From: Microcoleus sp.
GTDB lineage: Bacteria; Cyanobacteriota; Cyanobacteriia; Cyanobacteriales; Microcoleaceae
Length of the DNA: 64,000 nucleotides
Direction: 5' to 3'
NCBI GenBank assembly: GCA_052279835.1
Contig: CP181291.1
Span: 1,280,001 to 1,344,000, forward strand
The notes under the pieces were generated by a model. That model saw only the letters and a list, made by a program, of their open reading frames with translations. It was not told the origin of the DNA and searched no databases. The first letter of the stretch is position 1, and each line of letters starts with the position of its first letter. Positions 12,098 through 21,496 of the stretch are shown piece by piece. The position numbers and the translations under genes are program-made.

Positions 12098-12193
12098 AAC
12101 CAGCTTTTAGTAATGGCATCTGGACTGAGGACGAACTCAGCATTAGTATAGAATTAATTCTCGATCTACTTGTTAAAAAAGGTTTAAAAAATC

Positions 12194-12406
12194 ATGAATA
12201 GTTGCCCTTGTTGCTCATCTCAATTACTCAGACACGCTCGCCAAAATCGCATTTACTGGTTTTGTTCGCACTGTTGGGAAGAAATGCCAGATCTTTCAGA
12301 GATGATTTTACGTGACAGACAGCGGACTAGCAAAATCGACAGTTTAGTGAAAGTCTCTGCTTTGATGCCAAAATTGACAGTTTTGGCATCCGTGGAAATT
12401 GCTTAG
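12194..12406 (+). CDS. Small cyanobacterial Zn-ribbon protein
   Basis: CPCCS...LLRH...YWFCSHCWEEMP. Confidence 0.75.
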   Translation: MNSCPCCSSQLLRHARQNRIYWFCSHCWEEMPDLSEMILRDRQRTSKIDSLVKVSALMPKLTVLASVEIA

Positions 12407-12491
12407 TTGGTTGCGACTTCTCAGCATTAAAAATTAGTAAAATAATTTTTTTTAGTAGTTAAGTAGGCTATTTTTTTTAAATAAAAATTTT

Positions 12492-12524
12492 AAAGCCTCC
12501 TTTCGTATTGGTGAAGGAGGCTTT
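12492..12524. terminator. Bidirectional intrinsic terminator between convergent genes
   Basis: AAAGCCTCCTT-loop-AAGGAGGCTTTT. Confidence 0.75.
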
Positions 12525-12566
12525 TCGATGGGGCGATACAGGCCAGAACTAAATATTTAGGTCTGA

Positions 12567-12710
12567 TTACATCAAACCGATTTGAGAGAGAATACCTTGA
12601 CCGGTGAGATATTCAGTAGCTAGGCCAATAACAAAGCCCAGCATCGCCAAACGACCATTCCAGGTTTCGGCAAACTCAGTGAAGCCAACTTTTGCATCTT
12701 TGTTTTCCAT
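12567..12710 (-). CDS. hli: High-light-inducible protein (HLIP/SCP), 47 aa, absent from ORF track
   Basis: Manual translation MENKDAKVGFTEFAETWNGRLAMLGFVIGLATEYLTGQGILSQIGLM; ExxNGRLAMLGF chlorophyll-binding motif; GAGG RBS. Confidence 0.95.
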   Translation of the reverse strand: MENKDAKVGFTEFAETWNGRLAMLGFVIGLATEYLTGQGILSQIGLM

Positions 12711-12738
12711 GACCACAAACCTCGTTTAATTTCAACCT

Positions 12739-12756
12739 TATGTAAACTAATGTAAC
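12739..12756 (-). promoter_or_regulatory. HLR1 (RpaB-binding) site upstream of hli
   Basis: Minus strand GTTACATT-AG-TTTACATA matches (G/T)TTACA(T/A)(T/A)NN(G/T)TTACA(T/A)(T/A). Confidence 0.85.
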
Positions 12757-12814
12757 AGCTCGCTCCAAAAAATGCAACATATTTTTACAATTTATTTTGA
12801 GAACTTACCTCTGG

Positions 12815-12950
12815 GAGCCAGAAACCGGGTTTTTTAGGAGAATACTTCGTTACAGCCCATAGATTCTGCAAAAAACCCGGTTTCTTTTGCTTGTACCTGG
12901 GCCCAGAAACCGCGTTTGTGCGACAATACCTCAATACATCGTTACAACTA
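12815..12950. repeat. Dispersed palindromic repeat plus degenerate second copy
   Basis: CAGAAACCGGGTTTTTT...AAAAAACCCGGTTTC, then CCAGAAACCGCGTTT...AATAC...CGTTACA. Confidence 0.65.
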
Positions 12951-13176
12951 AGATGTTGCACCATGCTCAAAAACTTGTATGGGCGGGCCATGCCCAAGGG
13001 TTCAGCAATAGCTTTCAAGGCTGCAAACAGGTTAAATAAACCCGCCCTCACCTACCAAAAAGCCCATGATTGACACTGGGCTTAACACATAGATTTAATC
13101 TAGCTTAGCTGTATGCTCCGAAAAATTAATAACCTTTAATGTAGCAACAAGAAAGAAATTTCGGGAAAAACAACAG

Positions 13177-14376
13177 ATGGCGATTACCAATCACGAAAGA
13201 GTTACCAGAGCTTTAAATCTTCTAAGTCAAGGATTATATCCTTATTTCCAGCAGGAGATGCAGAAAGTACACGGCGATGACTGGCTGACAGTGGCAACAT
13301 CATATCTCCCTGAACACCAAACCTCAAAGCGCAATGTGGCAGACATTCTGCGTGATGATGTTTCTGCACCACTGATAGTCATGTCAAAACAGTGGGATAA
13401 AGTCTTCAAAAAAAACCTAGGTCAAGCCGAACGCACTCTAGTGAGTGAGCTGATAAATGCGCGCAACCAATGGGCTCACCAATCTAGTATTTCTATAGAT
13501 GATACCTATCGAGCTCTCGACAGAATTGCCATATTTCTCAAGGCTGTATCTCCATCAAATGCAGATATTAAAGAACTCGAAAAGCAAAAAAAAGAAGTTG
13601 TACGAATTCTTTATCAAGAGGAAAACCGTCACGAAACTCGAAGTTCTGCTGCTGAAGAATCTCGATGTAGAGAAAGTTTAGCAGAATTACTAGAAACATT
13701 AAATTTTCAGGATGCTTCTCTGTTAAACCAGGCACTTACTCATCGCTCCTACCTTTACGAAAATCCGAGAAAAGTAAGCGAAGACAATGAGCTACTAGAG
13801 TTTCTCGGTGATGCTTTGTTAACTTTTTTGAGTGCTAAGTATCTCTATCGTGATTACTCTGATAAAAGTGAGGGTGAACTGACTTATATACGTTCTGCGT
13901 TAGTAGATAAGGCGCAGCTAGCAAAGTTTGCGATCGAGTTAGACATTGGCAAATGGATGCGGTTAAGCCAAGGTGCAGTAACAAGTGGAGGAAGTACGAA
14001 TAACACCCTGCTTAGTAATACTTTTGAAGCTATAATTGGCGCGTACTTTCTCGATTCTGGTATTGAGGTTGTCAGTGAGTTTGTAGATCCGCTATTCACT
14101 TCAGTAGTTAAAAACTTATTGTCTTCTACCCCTCAAATAGATTCCAAACACCTTGTAGATTCAAAAAATCGGTTTCAGGAATGGGTCCATCGCAATATCG
14201 GGTCAATTCCCCCTCAATACATCATAATTAATGAGGTTGGTCCTAGTCATGCCAAAGAATTTACTGTTGAATTGCGCGTGAATGATAAACTATACGGTCA
14301 AGCTACAGCTAACAGTAAAAAAGAAGCTGAAAAGCTTGCTGCTGAAGCTGCATTAAAAAGAATAAAGGTAATTTAA
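13177..14376 (+). CDS. Swt1-like HEPN domain fused to ribonuclease III and dsRBD
   Basis: N-terminus MAITNHERV...GLYPY...D...WDKVF...ELINARNQWAH (RxxxxH); ALTHRSY, NELLEFLGD, NTFEAIIGAY; dsRBD KNRFQEW...GPSHAKEF...SKKEAEKLAA. Confidence 0.85.
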   Translation: MAITNHERVTRALNLLSQGLYPYFQQEMQKVHGDDWLTVATSYLPEHQTSKRNVADILRDDVSAPLIVMSKQWDKVFKKNLGQAERTLVSELINARNQWAHQSSISIDDTYRALDRIAIFLKAVSPSNADIKELEKQKKEVVRILYQEENRHETRSSAAEESRCRESLAELLETLNFQDASLLNQALTHRSYLYENPRKVSEDNELLEFLGDALLTFLSAKYLYRDYSDKSEGELTYIRSALVDKAQLAKFAIELDIGKWMRLSQGAVTSGGSTNNTLLSNTFEAIIGAYFLDSGIEVVSEFVDPLFTSVVKNLLSSTPQIDSKHLVDSKNRFQEWVHRNIGSIPPQYIIINEVGPSHAKEFTVELRVNDKLYGQATANSKKEAEKLAAEAALKRIKVI

Positions 14377-14416
14377 ACACATTTTCCCTACAATTAAGCT
14401 GAATAAACAAACAAAA

Positions 14417-15112
14417 ATGCCAAAACTTCCAAAATTTAAAAATGAATCACTTCTCATTCATGCGCTGACTCACCGTTCCTACGTTAACGAATACCCAGAA
14501 GCAGGCGAACACAACGAACGACTAGAATTTCTCGGCGATGCACTGCTAGGTTATCTAGTAGGCGAAATTTTGTACAAGCGCTATGAAGATTTTAGCGAAG
14601 CTCAATTAACTCGCTTACGCTCTGGATTAGTCGATCAGAATCAACTAGCCAAGTTAGCTGAACAACTAGGTATAGGTAAGTTAATGCGCCTGGGAAAAGG
14701 GGCAGAACAAGATAAAGGTCGCCAAAATCCTTCTTTACTTGGCGATACTTTTGAAGCCATCATTGGAGCGTATTATCTCGACTCAACTATTACACCTGTC
14801 CGAACTTTTGTTAAAAAACTGTTTGTTCCAATTGCTGATAGTATGATTTATCCTCAGTCTGATGCTGAGCAAAAAAACCTTGTAGACTCAAAAAACCGCT
14901 TTCAGGAATGGGTACAAGCCAACGGTGACACCACTCCTCCCAAATACGTGACAATCCAAGCAGGAGGCGCACCTCATGCTCCTGAATTTCTTGCTAAAGT
15001 TTATGTCGCAGATAAATCCTATGGAGAAGGTAAAGGTAAAAGTAAAAAAGATGCTGAAAAAAATGCAGCGGAAGATGCACTAGCTAAGCTCAAAAAACGC
15101 GGGCTTATCTAA
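14417..15112 (+). CDS. rnc: Ribonuclease III (canonical motifs)
   Basis: ALTHRSY, HNERLEFLGD, GDTFEAIIGAY, C-terminal dsRBD. Confidence 0.92.
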   Translation: MPKLPKFKNESLLIHALTHRSYVNEYPEAGEHNERLEFLGDALLGYLVGEILYKRYEDFSEAQLTRLRSGLVDQNQLAKLAEQLGIGKLMRLGKGAEQDKGRQNPSLLGDTFEAIIGAYYLDSTITPVRTFVKKLFVPIADSMIYPQSDAEQKNLVDSKNRFQEWVQANGDTTPPKYVTIQAGGAPHAPEFLAKVYVADKSYGEGKGKSKKDAEKNAAEDALAKLKKRGLI

Positions 15113-15145
15113 ACTTTAAAAAAACGGTAAAAACTCGTATTTTGA

Positions 15146-16081
15146 CTAAAACCACCTTTTCTTTCTTAAAGTTGAAGCTTTTTCAGCTATCCGAATTAAA
15201 TCGGTCGGCGACATATCCTTGCTCACTGTCATGCGAGAAATGCGATAGTTATTTCTCAATCGGCTGACTCTTAACAAATTATCATCATACAAAAACCCAG
15301 TTAAATGATATTTAGGTAAAATGCTTTCCACTTCTCTATCTGATGCACCGTAGGGATAGGCTATATGAGCACCGACAAGTTTATTTTTGTCTAAATTGCT
15401 CATACATTTTCTCAAAATTAACTTAGATTTAGAAATTTCTAATTCTAAATTTTTCCCATTCAGGGTAGTTAAATTTTTGTGGCTGAATCCGTGAGATTGA
15501 ATATCATAAAAACCCTTTTTGTATCCCTCTCTTAAATCGTTGCAGCTAGTATGAGGTAAAAATTCTCCACCCATATCTACACCCAAAAAGTGTGGATTGA
15601 CAAACAGCACAAATTTACCCTTTTCTTTATAAATAAATGACAGTTTTTCGATCAGGGGTAGTGCATTTGTATGAACGCCTTTGTAGCCGTCGTCAAAGGT
15701 AATCATAATGGGTTTTTGACCTTCATGTTGAGGTGGTATTGGCTTGGATTTTTCAATAAAATATAGATACAAGTCTTGAGATGATAAAAACCAGTAGTTT
15801 TGTTCAACTAAGTATTCTAAGAATACTGCCAAATCTTGTTTCGTGTAGTCGGTTGAGAAAGCGTTTCTGTGAGGTGGCAATTCGGCGGGATTTTGAATGT
15901 CTACAATATCGTGAAAGCCCAGAATAGGAATTCTGACGAAATAAGATTCTACAGTCCATCCAGAAATGCCGATACTGATTAAAAATATCAGCACTAAATA
16001 AATAATTTGGGTTTTGTGTAGCAGTCGAAAAAGAAAGTTTAGCGGAATCTTTCCCTGCTTTAGCAATTGTTCGTTATTCAT
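15146..16081 (-). CDS. Polysaccharide deacetylase (CE4) with N-terminal membrane anchor
   Basis: IPILGFH, ITFDDGY, QSHGFSH, AYPYG. Confidence 0.88.
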   Translation of the reverse strand: MNNEQLLKQGKIPLNFLFRLLHKTQIIYLVLIFLISIGISGWTVESYFVRIPILGFHDIVDIQNPAELPPHRNAFSTDYTKQDLAVFLEYLVEQNYWFLSSQDLYLYFIEKSKPIPPQHEGQKPIMITFDDGYKGVHTNALPLIEKLSFIYKEKGKFVLFVNPHFLGVDMGGEFLPHTSCNDLREGYKKGFYDIQSHGFSHKNLTTLNGKNLELEISKSKLILRKCMSNLDKNKLVGAHIAYPYGASDREVESILPKYHLTGFLYDDNLLRVSRLRNNYRISRMTVSKDMSPTDLIRIAEKASTLRKKRWF

Positions 16082-16319
16082 CGTCTCCTCACCAGTCTAT
16101 TGATTATTCATATTTACCATCAATGCAGCCAAATTCAGTAATATTAAGATAGTTTTTCCCGTTTTTTTGTAATTTAGTTAGACTTTCAAATACAGCCGAT
16201 CGCACAATGGTATAATCAACTGTGAACTGTCAACTGCCTGGCCGCTCAGCTTCGTCGAAGAGTCGAAGGACTTTGCGACGCTTCGCACGCGCCTACCGCC
16301 GCCTAGTCGAAGGATTTAA

Positions 16320-16443
16320 TACCAATTTAATTGGTCGTTGCACATATCTCGATCCCCCTCGCATCCCCCACCCCCCCCAAGGGGGGAAAAAAGAGGGGGG
16401 CTAGGGCGAATCGAATTCTATGCAGCCTCATAAAAAATTGGTC
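16320..16443. mobile_element. MITE-like miniature element with terminal inverted repeats and internal C/G palindrome
   Basis: ACCAATTT...AAATTGGT ends enclosing a C-rich/G-rich CCCCCCCAAGGGGGG palindrome. Confidence 0.55.
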
Positions 16444-16485
16444 TAAGGGTCAAACCTCAACCTTAAACTATCAACCATATAATTG

Positions 16486-16911
16486 ATGTCTACTCAAAAC
16501 CCGACTACCCTCTCCCTGGAAGAAGCACAACAAATTCTCAAAAATTTCACTTCTCTGGATATGCAATCTTTAGCATCGCCACTGCAAAAAGAAGAACTCC
16601 GTCAAGCTATTTTGCTGGTAGCGAGTTTGTCAGATTATCAAATGCTAGGAGTTTGCGCCTCTTCGACAGATGAAGGCTTTTTGGCTTTAAAAACTTATTT
16701 GACCGCTTTGGGATATCAACCTGTTTTAGACCCCAACTCTGTTACTTCATTTACCAGCTCTGTTTATATTAAGTTTAATACTTTGAAAGGTTCCTATTAT
16801 GTTGACAGCTATACGGGAACTTACCGTGGCGTTTTGGTTTCCTGTCAATCTGCTTCGGAATCAGGAATTAGCGAGACTTACGGTCATTTACCTCTCGATT
16901 TATTTGCTTAA
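16486..16911 (+). CDS. DUF1824 family protein
   Basis: LGVCA...ALKTYLTALG...VYIKFN...YTGTYRGVLVSCQ...YGHLPLDLF. Confidence 0.85.
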   Translation: MSTQNPTTLSLEEAQQILKNFTSLDMQSLASPLQKEELRQAILLVASLSDYQMLGVCASSTDEGFLALKTYLTALGYQPVLDPNSVTSFTSSVYIKFNTLKGSYYVDSYTGTYRGVLVSCQSASESGISETYGHLPLDLFA

Positions 16912-17008
16912 TTGGCAATGGGGAATTTGGCATTAGGCATGGTAACTAATTAACGACAGTTAACAGTTAACAGTCAATTTTTAACTGTCAACTGTCAACG
17001 GTAAGTTG

Positions 17009-18433
17009 TCAACTGTCCACGGTCAATTCTAGCTGTTCTTCCGGTGCAGATTCTTCCGGCGGTAGTCCCAAAACATCCCTGTACAACTCGACATATTTTC
17101 TGGCAGAAATATCCCAGCTAAAGTTTTCTCTCATGCCGCGCTGTTGCAGTTCTTTCCACTTATCTTTATAGCGGAAACCTTCCCAAGTTCGGATCATGCA
17201 GGTGAACAAGTCTAGGGGTTCGTAGCGATCGAAACAGTAACCAGTACCTGTATTATCGATCGGGTTGTTGTGCGACACCGTATCCACTAAACCGCCGGTA
17301 CGACGTACCATCGGCACACATCCATAGCGCAGCGCCAGCATTTGACTGATACCACAGGGCTCGAAACGACTCGGCATCAGGAATGTGTCGCAGCCTGCGT
17401 AAACGCGACGGGAGAGGGCTTCGTTGTAGAGTAATTGGGTGGACATCCGGCCTGGATAACGGGCTGTCATTTGCCAGAGTTGGGTTTCGTAGTAGCGATC
17501 GCCCGTTCCCAGTACAATAAATTGAGCGTCGGTATAGGCCATGAATCGATCGAGCATTTGGATAATCAAATCCAGCCCCTTCTGTTCCACCAGGCGACTC
17601 ACCATCCCAATTAAAAACGCATTTTTATTCACTTCCAAACCGACTTCTTCTTGCAGCGCAATTTTGTTGGGATAGCGCTTTTCAATAGTATCAGCACTGA
17701 ATTGTTGAGGAATGTACTTATCAGTTTCTGGGTTGTAAGATTCAGTATCAATCCCATTCAAAATTCCCGATACTTTCCCACCCAAAAAAGACAACAAACC
17801 TTCCAATCCTTCCCCATAACTAGGGGTTTTGATTTGCTCTGCATAAGTCGGTGACACTGTATTTACGCGATTGGCAAACTGTACGGCCGCGGCCATTGTA
17901 TTATGACCTTGCATATACCAAGGACACCAAGTCATCTCCTCCAAACGCCAGCGCCACGGTCCCTGATAAGCTAAATTGTGAATAGTAAAAACAGTGCTGA
18001 TATCAGGGTCTTGGTGCATCCAAACAGGTATCATTCCCGTATGCCAGTCGTGACAATGGATAATTTGTGGCTTCCAGTGATTCCAAGCAAATTCCGCCGC
18101 ACCATTAGCAAAGAAAGTAAACTTCCAATCTTCATCGACGCCACCATAAATGCGGCGAGTCGAGAAACAGGGATGTTTAAATAAATATAAAGGAACATCA
18201 GTTCCCGGCAAAACAGTTTCAAAGATGGAGAAGCTTTGGAACATGGCATCACCTTTCCAAACAGCTTCTTTGGGCACATCCATTTTGTCGGGGATGAAGC
18301 CATAATAGGGCATGAAGATGCGGACATCGTGACCCATGCGTCGCAGAAATTTAGGCAAAGCACCGACGACATCCCCCATACCGCCTACCTTGGCTAGGGG
18401 TGCTGCTTCGGCGGATACAAATAAAATTCGCAT
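17009..18433 (-). CDS. glgA: Glycogen synthase
   Basis: EAAPLAKVGGMGDV, HCHDWH, TIHNLAYQG, PSRFEPCG. Confidence 0.97.
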   Translation of the reverse strand: MRILFVSAEAAPLAKVGGMGDVVGALPKFLRRMGHDVRIFMPYYGFIPDKMDVPKEAVWKGDAMFQSFSIFETVLPGTDVPLYLFKHPCFSTRRIYGGVDEDWKFTFFANGAAEFAWNHWKPQIIHCHDWHTGMIPVWMHQDPDISTVFTIHNLAYQGPWRWRLEEMTWCPWYMQGHNTMAAAVQFANRVNTVSPTYAEQIKTPSYGEGLEGLLSFLGGKVSGILNGIDTESYNPETDKYIPQQFSADTIEKRYPNKIALQEEVGLEVNKNAFLIGMVSRLVEQKGLDLIIQMLDRFMAYTDAQFIVLGTGDRYYETQLWQMTARYPGRMSTQLLYNEALSRRVYAGCDTFLMPSRFEPCGISQMLALRYGCVPMVRRTGGLVDTVSHNNPIDNTGTGYCFDRYEPLDLFTCMIRTWEGFRYKDKWKELQQRGMRENFSWDISARKYVELYRDVLGLPPEESAPEEQLELTVDS

Positions 18434-18692
18434 TATTTTTTTTGCGTTCCTTAAGATAGTTAGTCTAGATTAAGTTTAAATGGGTAGCGGCACAATATTA
18501 ACATGGAGCCGAAAAACAACTAAGTCAACCCATCTAATTAAACAGAATACTCACCGCCCCGACAACTGCTGCAAAAATCGGGGCTCTCACAAAAGAGGGT
18601 GGGGCGAGCGATCGTGTAAAATATTATTACAAAATTACTGTAAAGTAAAAATATAAATTTATTTGTTCTAGAAATACAACAGCCTCAACTAC

Positions 18693-20699
18693 ATGAACAC
18701 AATATCAACTTACGGCTCTTGGAAATCCCCCATCACCTCCGATTTAATTGTTTCGGGAACTGTAGGACTCGGACAAATTGCGATGGACGGCGAGGATATT
18801 TACTGGGTGGAAGCAAGACCTTCTGAAGCAGGCAGAAACGTCATCGTGCGACGCACTCCTGACGGAAAAATCAGCGATGTCACACCCCAACCTTTTAATG
18901 TTCGCACTCGCGTTCACGAATACGGAGGTGCTTCCTTTGTGGTGGCTAGCGGTGTGGTCTATTTTTCTCATTTTGCCGACGGGCGCATTTATTATCAAAG
19001 ATTAGATTCTCAGCCCCTAGCTTTAACACCCGTAGTTAATTGTCGATACGCCGATGCCATTGTTGACAAGCAAAGAAATCGCCTGATTTGCGTTCGCGAA
19101 GACCATACACGAGAAAGTGAAGTTGTCAATACTATTGTTAGTATTAATTTAGACAATGGGGAAGATATTCAAATTTTAGCCCAGGGTGAAGATTTTTATG
19201 CTTCCCCCCGTTTTAGTCCTGACGGTTCTCAGATTTCTTGGATTAGTTGGAATCATCCAAATATGCCTTGGGATGGTACAGAATTATGGACAGCCGAAAT
19301 TCATCCTGACGGTGATTTAGGGGAAAAATACTTAGTTGCAGGGGGTCCAGAAGAGTCGATTTTTCAACCGGAATGGTCGCCGGATGGAGTGTTATATTTT
19401 GTTTCTGATAAGTCGAATTGGTGGAATTTTTATAGAACCCCCCTCAATCCCCCCTTGGTAAGGGGGGAAGCAGGAATAGAAGGTTCCCCCTTGGTAGGGG
19501 GGGAAATAAATACAGAACCCCCCTTGGTAAGGGGGATCGAACCTCTGTACGAAATGGCGGCGGAATTCGGACTACCTCAGTGGGTGTTTGGGATGTCTAC
19601 CTATGCTGTTGTTTCCGAACACAAAATTATTTGCACCTACACTCAACAAGGCAAGTGGTATTTAGCAACTATTGATTTAGTGGCAAAGCAGTTGAGGAAA
19701 ATTGACACACCTTACAGTGATATTTCTTCACTAAAAGCCCAAGGTGAAAAAGTAGTTTTCCTGGCTGGTTCTCCGACGGAATCCTCAGCGATTGTACAAC
19801 TAGATTTAGGAACAAGTCAAATAGAAGTATTGCGCCTAGCCAGCAATTTAAGCCTTGATGCTGGTTATCTTTCTGTACCGGAATCCATCGAATTTCCCAC
19901 GAAAAATGGTTTGACTGCTTTTGGGTTCTTTTATTCACCAAAAAATCAAGATTTTGCAGCACCAGCAGGTGAAAAACCACCCCTGATTGTCAAAAGTCAT
20001 GGTGGGCCCACGGCGGCTACTTCTAGTAGTATGAATTTAAAGATTCAATACTGGACAAGTCGTGGTTTTGCTGTCTTGGATGTGAATTATGGTGGTAGCA
20101 CTGGTTACGGTCGAGAATACAGAAAAAGGCTACAAGATAGTTGGGGTATTGTGGATGTTGATGACTGTGCTAATGGTGCTAAATATTTAGCCCAAAGGGG
20201 TTTAGTTGACAGTGCAAAAATGGCGATCGCCGGTGGTAGCGCTGGAGGCTATACTACTCTGTGCGCTCTTACTTTCCGGGATGTTTTCAAGGCTGGGGCG
20301 AGCTATTATGGAGTTAGCGATTTGTCAGCTTTGGCAACGGATACCCACAAGTTTGAATCGCGCTATCTGGATGGATTAATCGGACCTTATCCTGAAAGGA
20401 AAGATTTGTATTTAGAACGTTCCCCTATTCATGCTGCGGCTAATTTATCTTGTCCTATCATCTTCTTTCAAGGATTGGAAGATAAAGTGGTTCCTCCCAA
20501 TCAAGCAGAAATGATGGTAGAAATCTTAAAAGCAAAGGGTTTGCCTGTTGCTTACGTTGCTTATGAAGGGGAACAGCACGGTTTTCGGCGGGCTGAAAAT
20601 ATCAAAAAAACCCTGGATGGTGAATTATATTTCTATTCAAGAGTGTTTAAGTTTGAGTTAGCTGAATCGGTGGCCCCAGTGCTGATTTACAATCTTTAG
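18693..20699 (+). CDS. S9 family (prolyl oligopeptidase/dipeptidyl aminopeptidase-like) peptidase
   Basis: HGGPT, GGSAGG nucleophile, EDKVVP, EQHGFR. Confidence 0.92.
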   Translation: MNTISTYGSWKSPITSDLIVSGTVGLGQIAMDGEDIYWVEARPSEAGRNVIVRRTPDGKISDVTPQPFNVRTRVHEYGGASFVVASGVVYFSHFADGRIYYQRLDSQPLALTPVVNCRYADAIVDKQRNRLICVREDHTRESEVVNTIVSINLDNGEDIQILAQGEDFYASPRFSPDGSQISWISWNHPNMPWDGTELWTAEIHPDGDLGEKYLVAGGPEESIFQPEWSPDGVLYFVSDKSNWWNFYRTPLNPPLVRGEAGIEGSPLVGGEINTEPPLVRGIEPLYEMAAEFGLPQWVFGMSTYAVVSEHKIICTYTQQGKWYLATIDLVAKQLRKIDTPYSDISSLKAQGEKVVFLAGSPTESSAIVQLDLGTSQIEVLRLASNLSLDAGYLSVPESIEFPTKNGLTAFGFFYSPKNQDFAAPAGEKPPLIVKSHGGPTAATSSSMNLKIQYWTSRGFAVLDVNYGGSTGYGREYRKRLQDSWGIVDVDDCANGAKYLAQRGLVDSAKMAIAGGSAGGYTTLCALTFRDVFKAGASYYGVSDLSALATDTHKFESRYLDGLIGPYPERKDLYLERSPIHAAANLSCPIIFFQGLEDKVVPPNQAEMMVEILKAKGLPVAYVAYEGEQHGFRRAENIKKTLDGELYFYSRVFKFELAESVAPVLIYNL

Positions 20700-20854
20700 C
20701 TGAAACTCTGTTTGCAGTAAGTACCGTAGTGGCTATATTGTGTGGTGTTAATTGGTAGTTTCAGTGGCTGCGAGATAGGGCATAGAACTTACTGATTTAC
20801 GGATGGTGACGCATTTTACGGACGTCGCCAGATTTGGTTTACCATAATAGGGAA

Positions 20855-20870
20855 TGTGATTTAATTCACA
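20855..20870. promoter_or_regulatory. CRP-family binding site
   Basis: Perfect TGTGA-TTTAAT-TCACA. Confidence 0.65.
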
Positions 20871-21034
20871 AATCCGGTGGTTTATTGTCACAAATTTTGG
20901 TGTTTTTTATCACAAGTTTTTGATGTTTGCTGTCACATATTTTTAGACAATAAGATAGCAAAAATAGTAGGGTGCGATCGCCTTCTCTAAACACAGAAAG
21001 CCTCGATCGCTCGTCGAGTTCAGATTTAATAGCT

Positions 21035-21259
21035 ATGGAAACTCCTGTCCATCTTATTCCATCTGCTTTGGGCGAGTTGTTTGCCGAAGTCAATCATCAT
21101 AGGTATATTACCCTGGCCGATCGCTACGGTTTGATGGCTGCTATTTTTGACGAAACTTTGACAGAGGAAGAAAAACGCTCGATCGATCGCCTATTGCGCG
21201 CCGTGTACCGAGGTAAAATAAAATTAGTTAATCAACTGTCTATGGTGAACGGATTTTAG
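21035..21259 (+). CDS. Small conserved cyanobacterial hypothetical protein
   Basis: ITLADRYGLMAA...EEEKRSIDRLLRAVYRG motif. Confidence 0.7.
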   Translation: METPVHLIPSALGELFAEVNHHRYITLADRYGLMAAIFDETLTEEEKRSIDRLLRAVYRGKIKLVNQLSMVNGF

Positions 21260-21295
21260 ATTTTGATGTGACATTAAATAATTCAATAAGTCAAC

Positions 21296-21336
21296 AAACT
21301 CTAGCCCACAGATCGATCTGTGGGCTAGAGTTTTTT
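21296..21336. terminator. Intrinsic terminator / perfect palindrome
   Basis: AAACTCTAGCCCACAGATCGATCTGTGGGCTAGAGTTTTTT. Confidence 0.75.
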
Positions 21337-21496
21337 CAATACGTCTTGAGAAATAGATATTTGTCACCTACCAAGCTCAAATCTGGCAAAACTCATAACT
21401 TTTAATTAAGTAAGACCAAATAAAAAAACATCCTACCCAGATACCCGCAGCGCTTTCATAAGTCTCGACTCCCTATCCGTTGCCGAACATACTTCT

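Noticed and set aside
12785..13073. Short ORFs 12785-13051 (-) and 12891-13073 (+)
   Set aside because: Overlap a dispersed palindromic repeat (KKPGF translation) and promoter DNA; likely spurious
18616..18630. NtcA site between glgA and the peptidase
   Set aside because: GTA-N9-TAC spacing instead of N8
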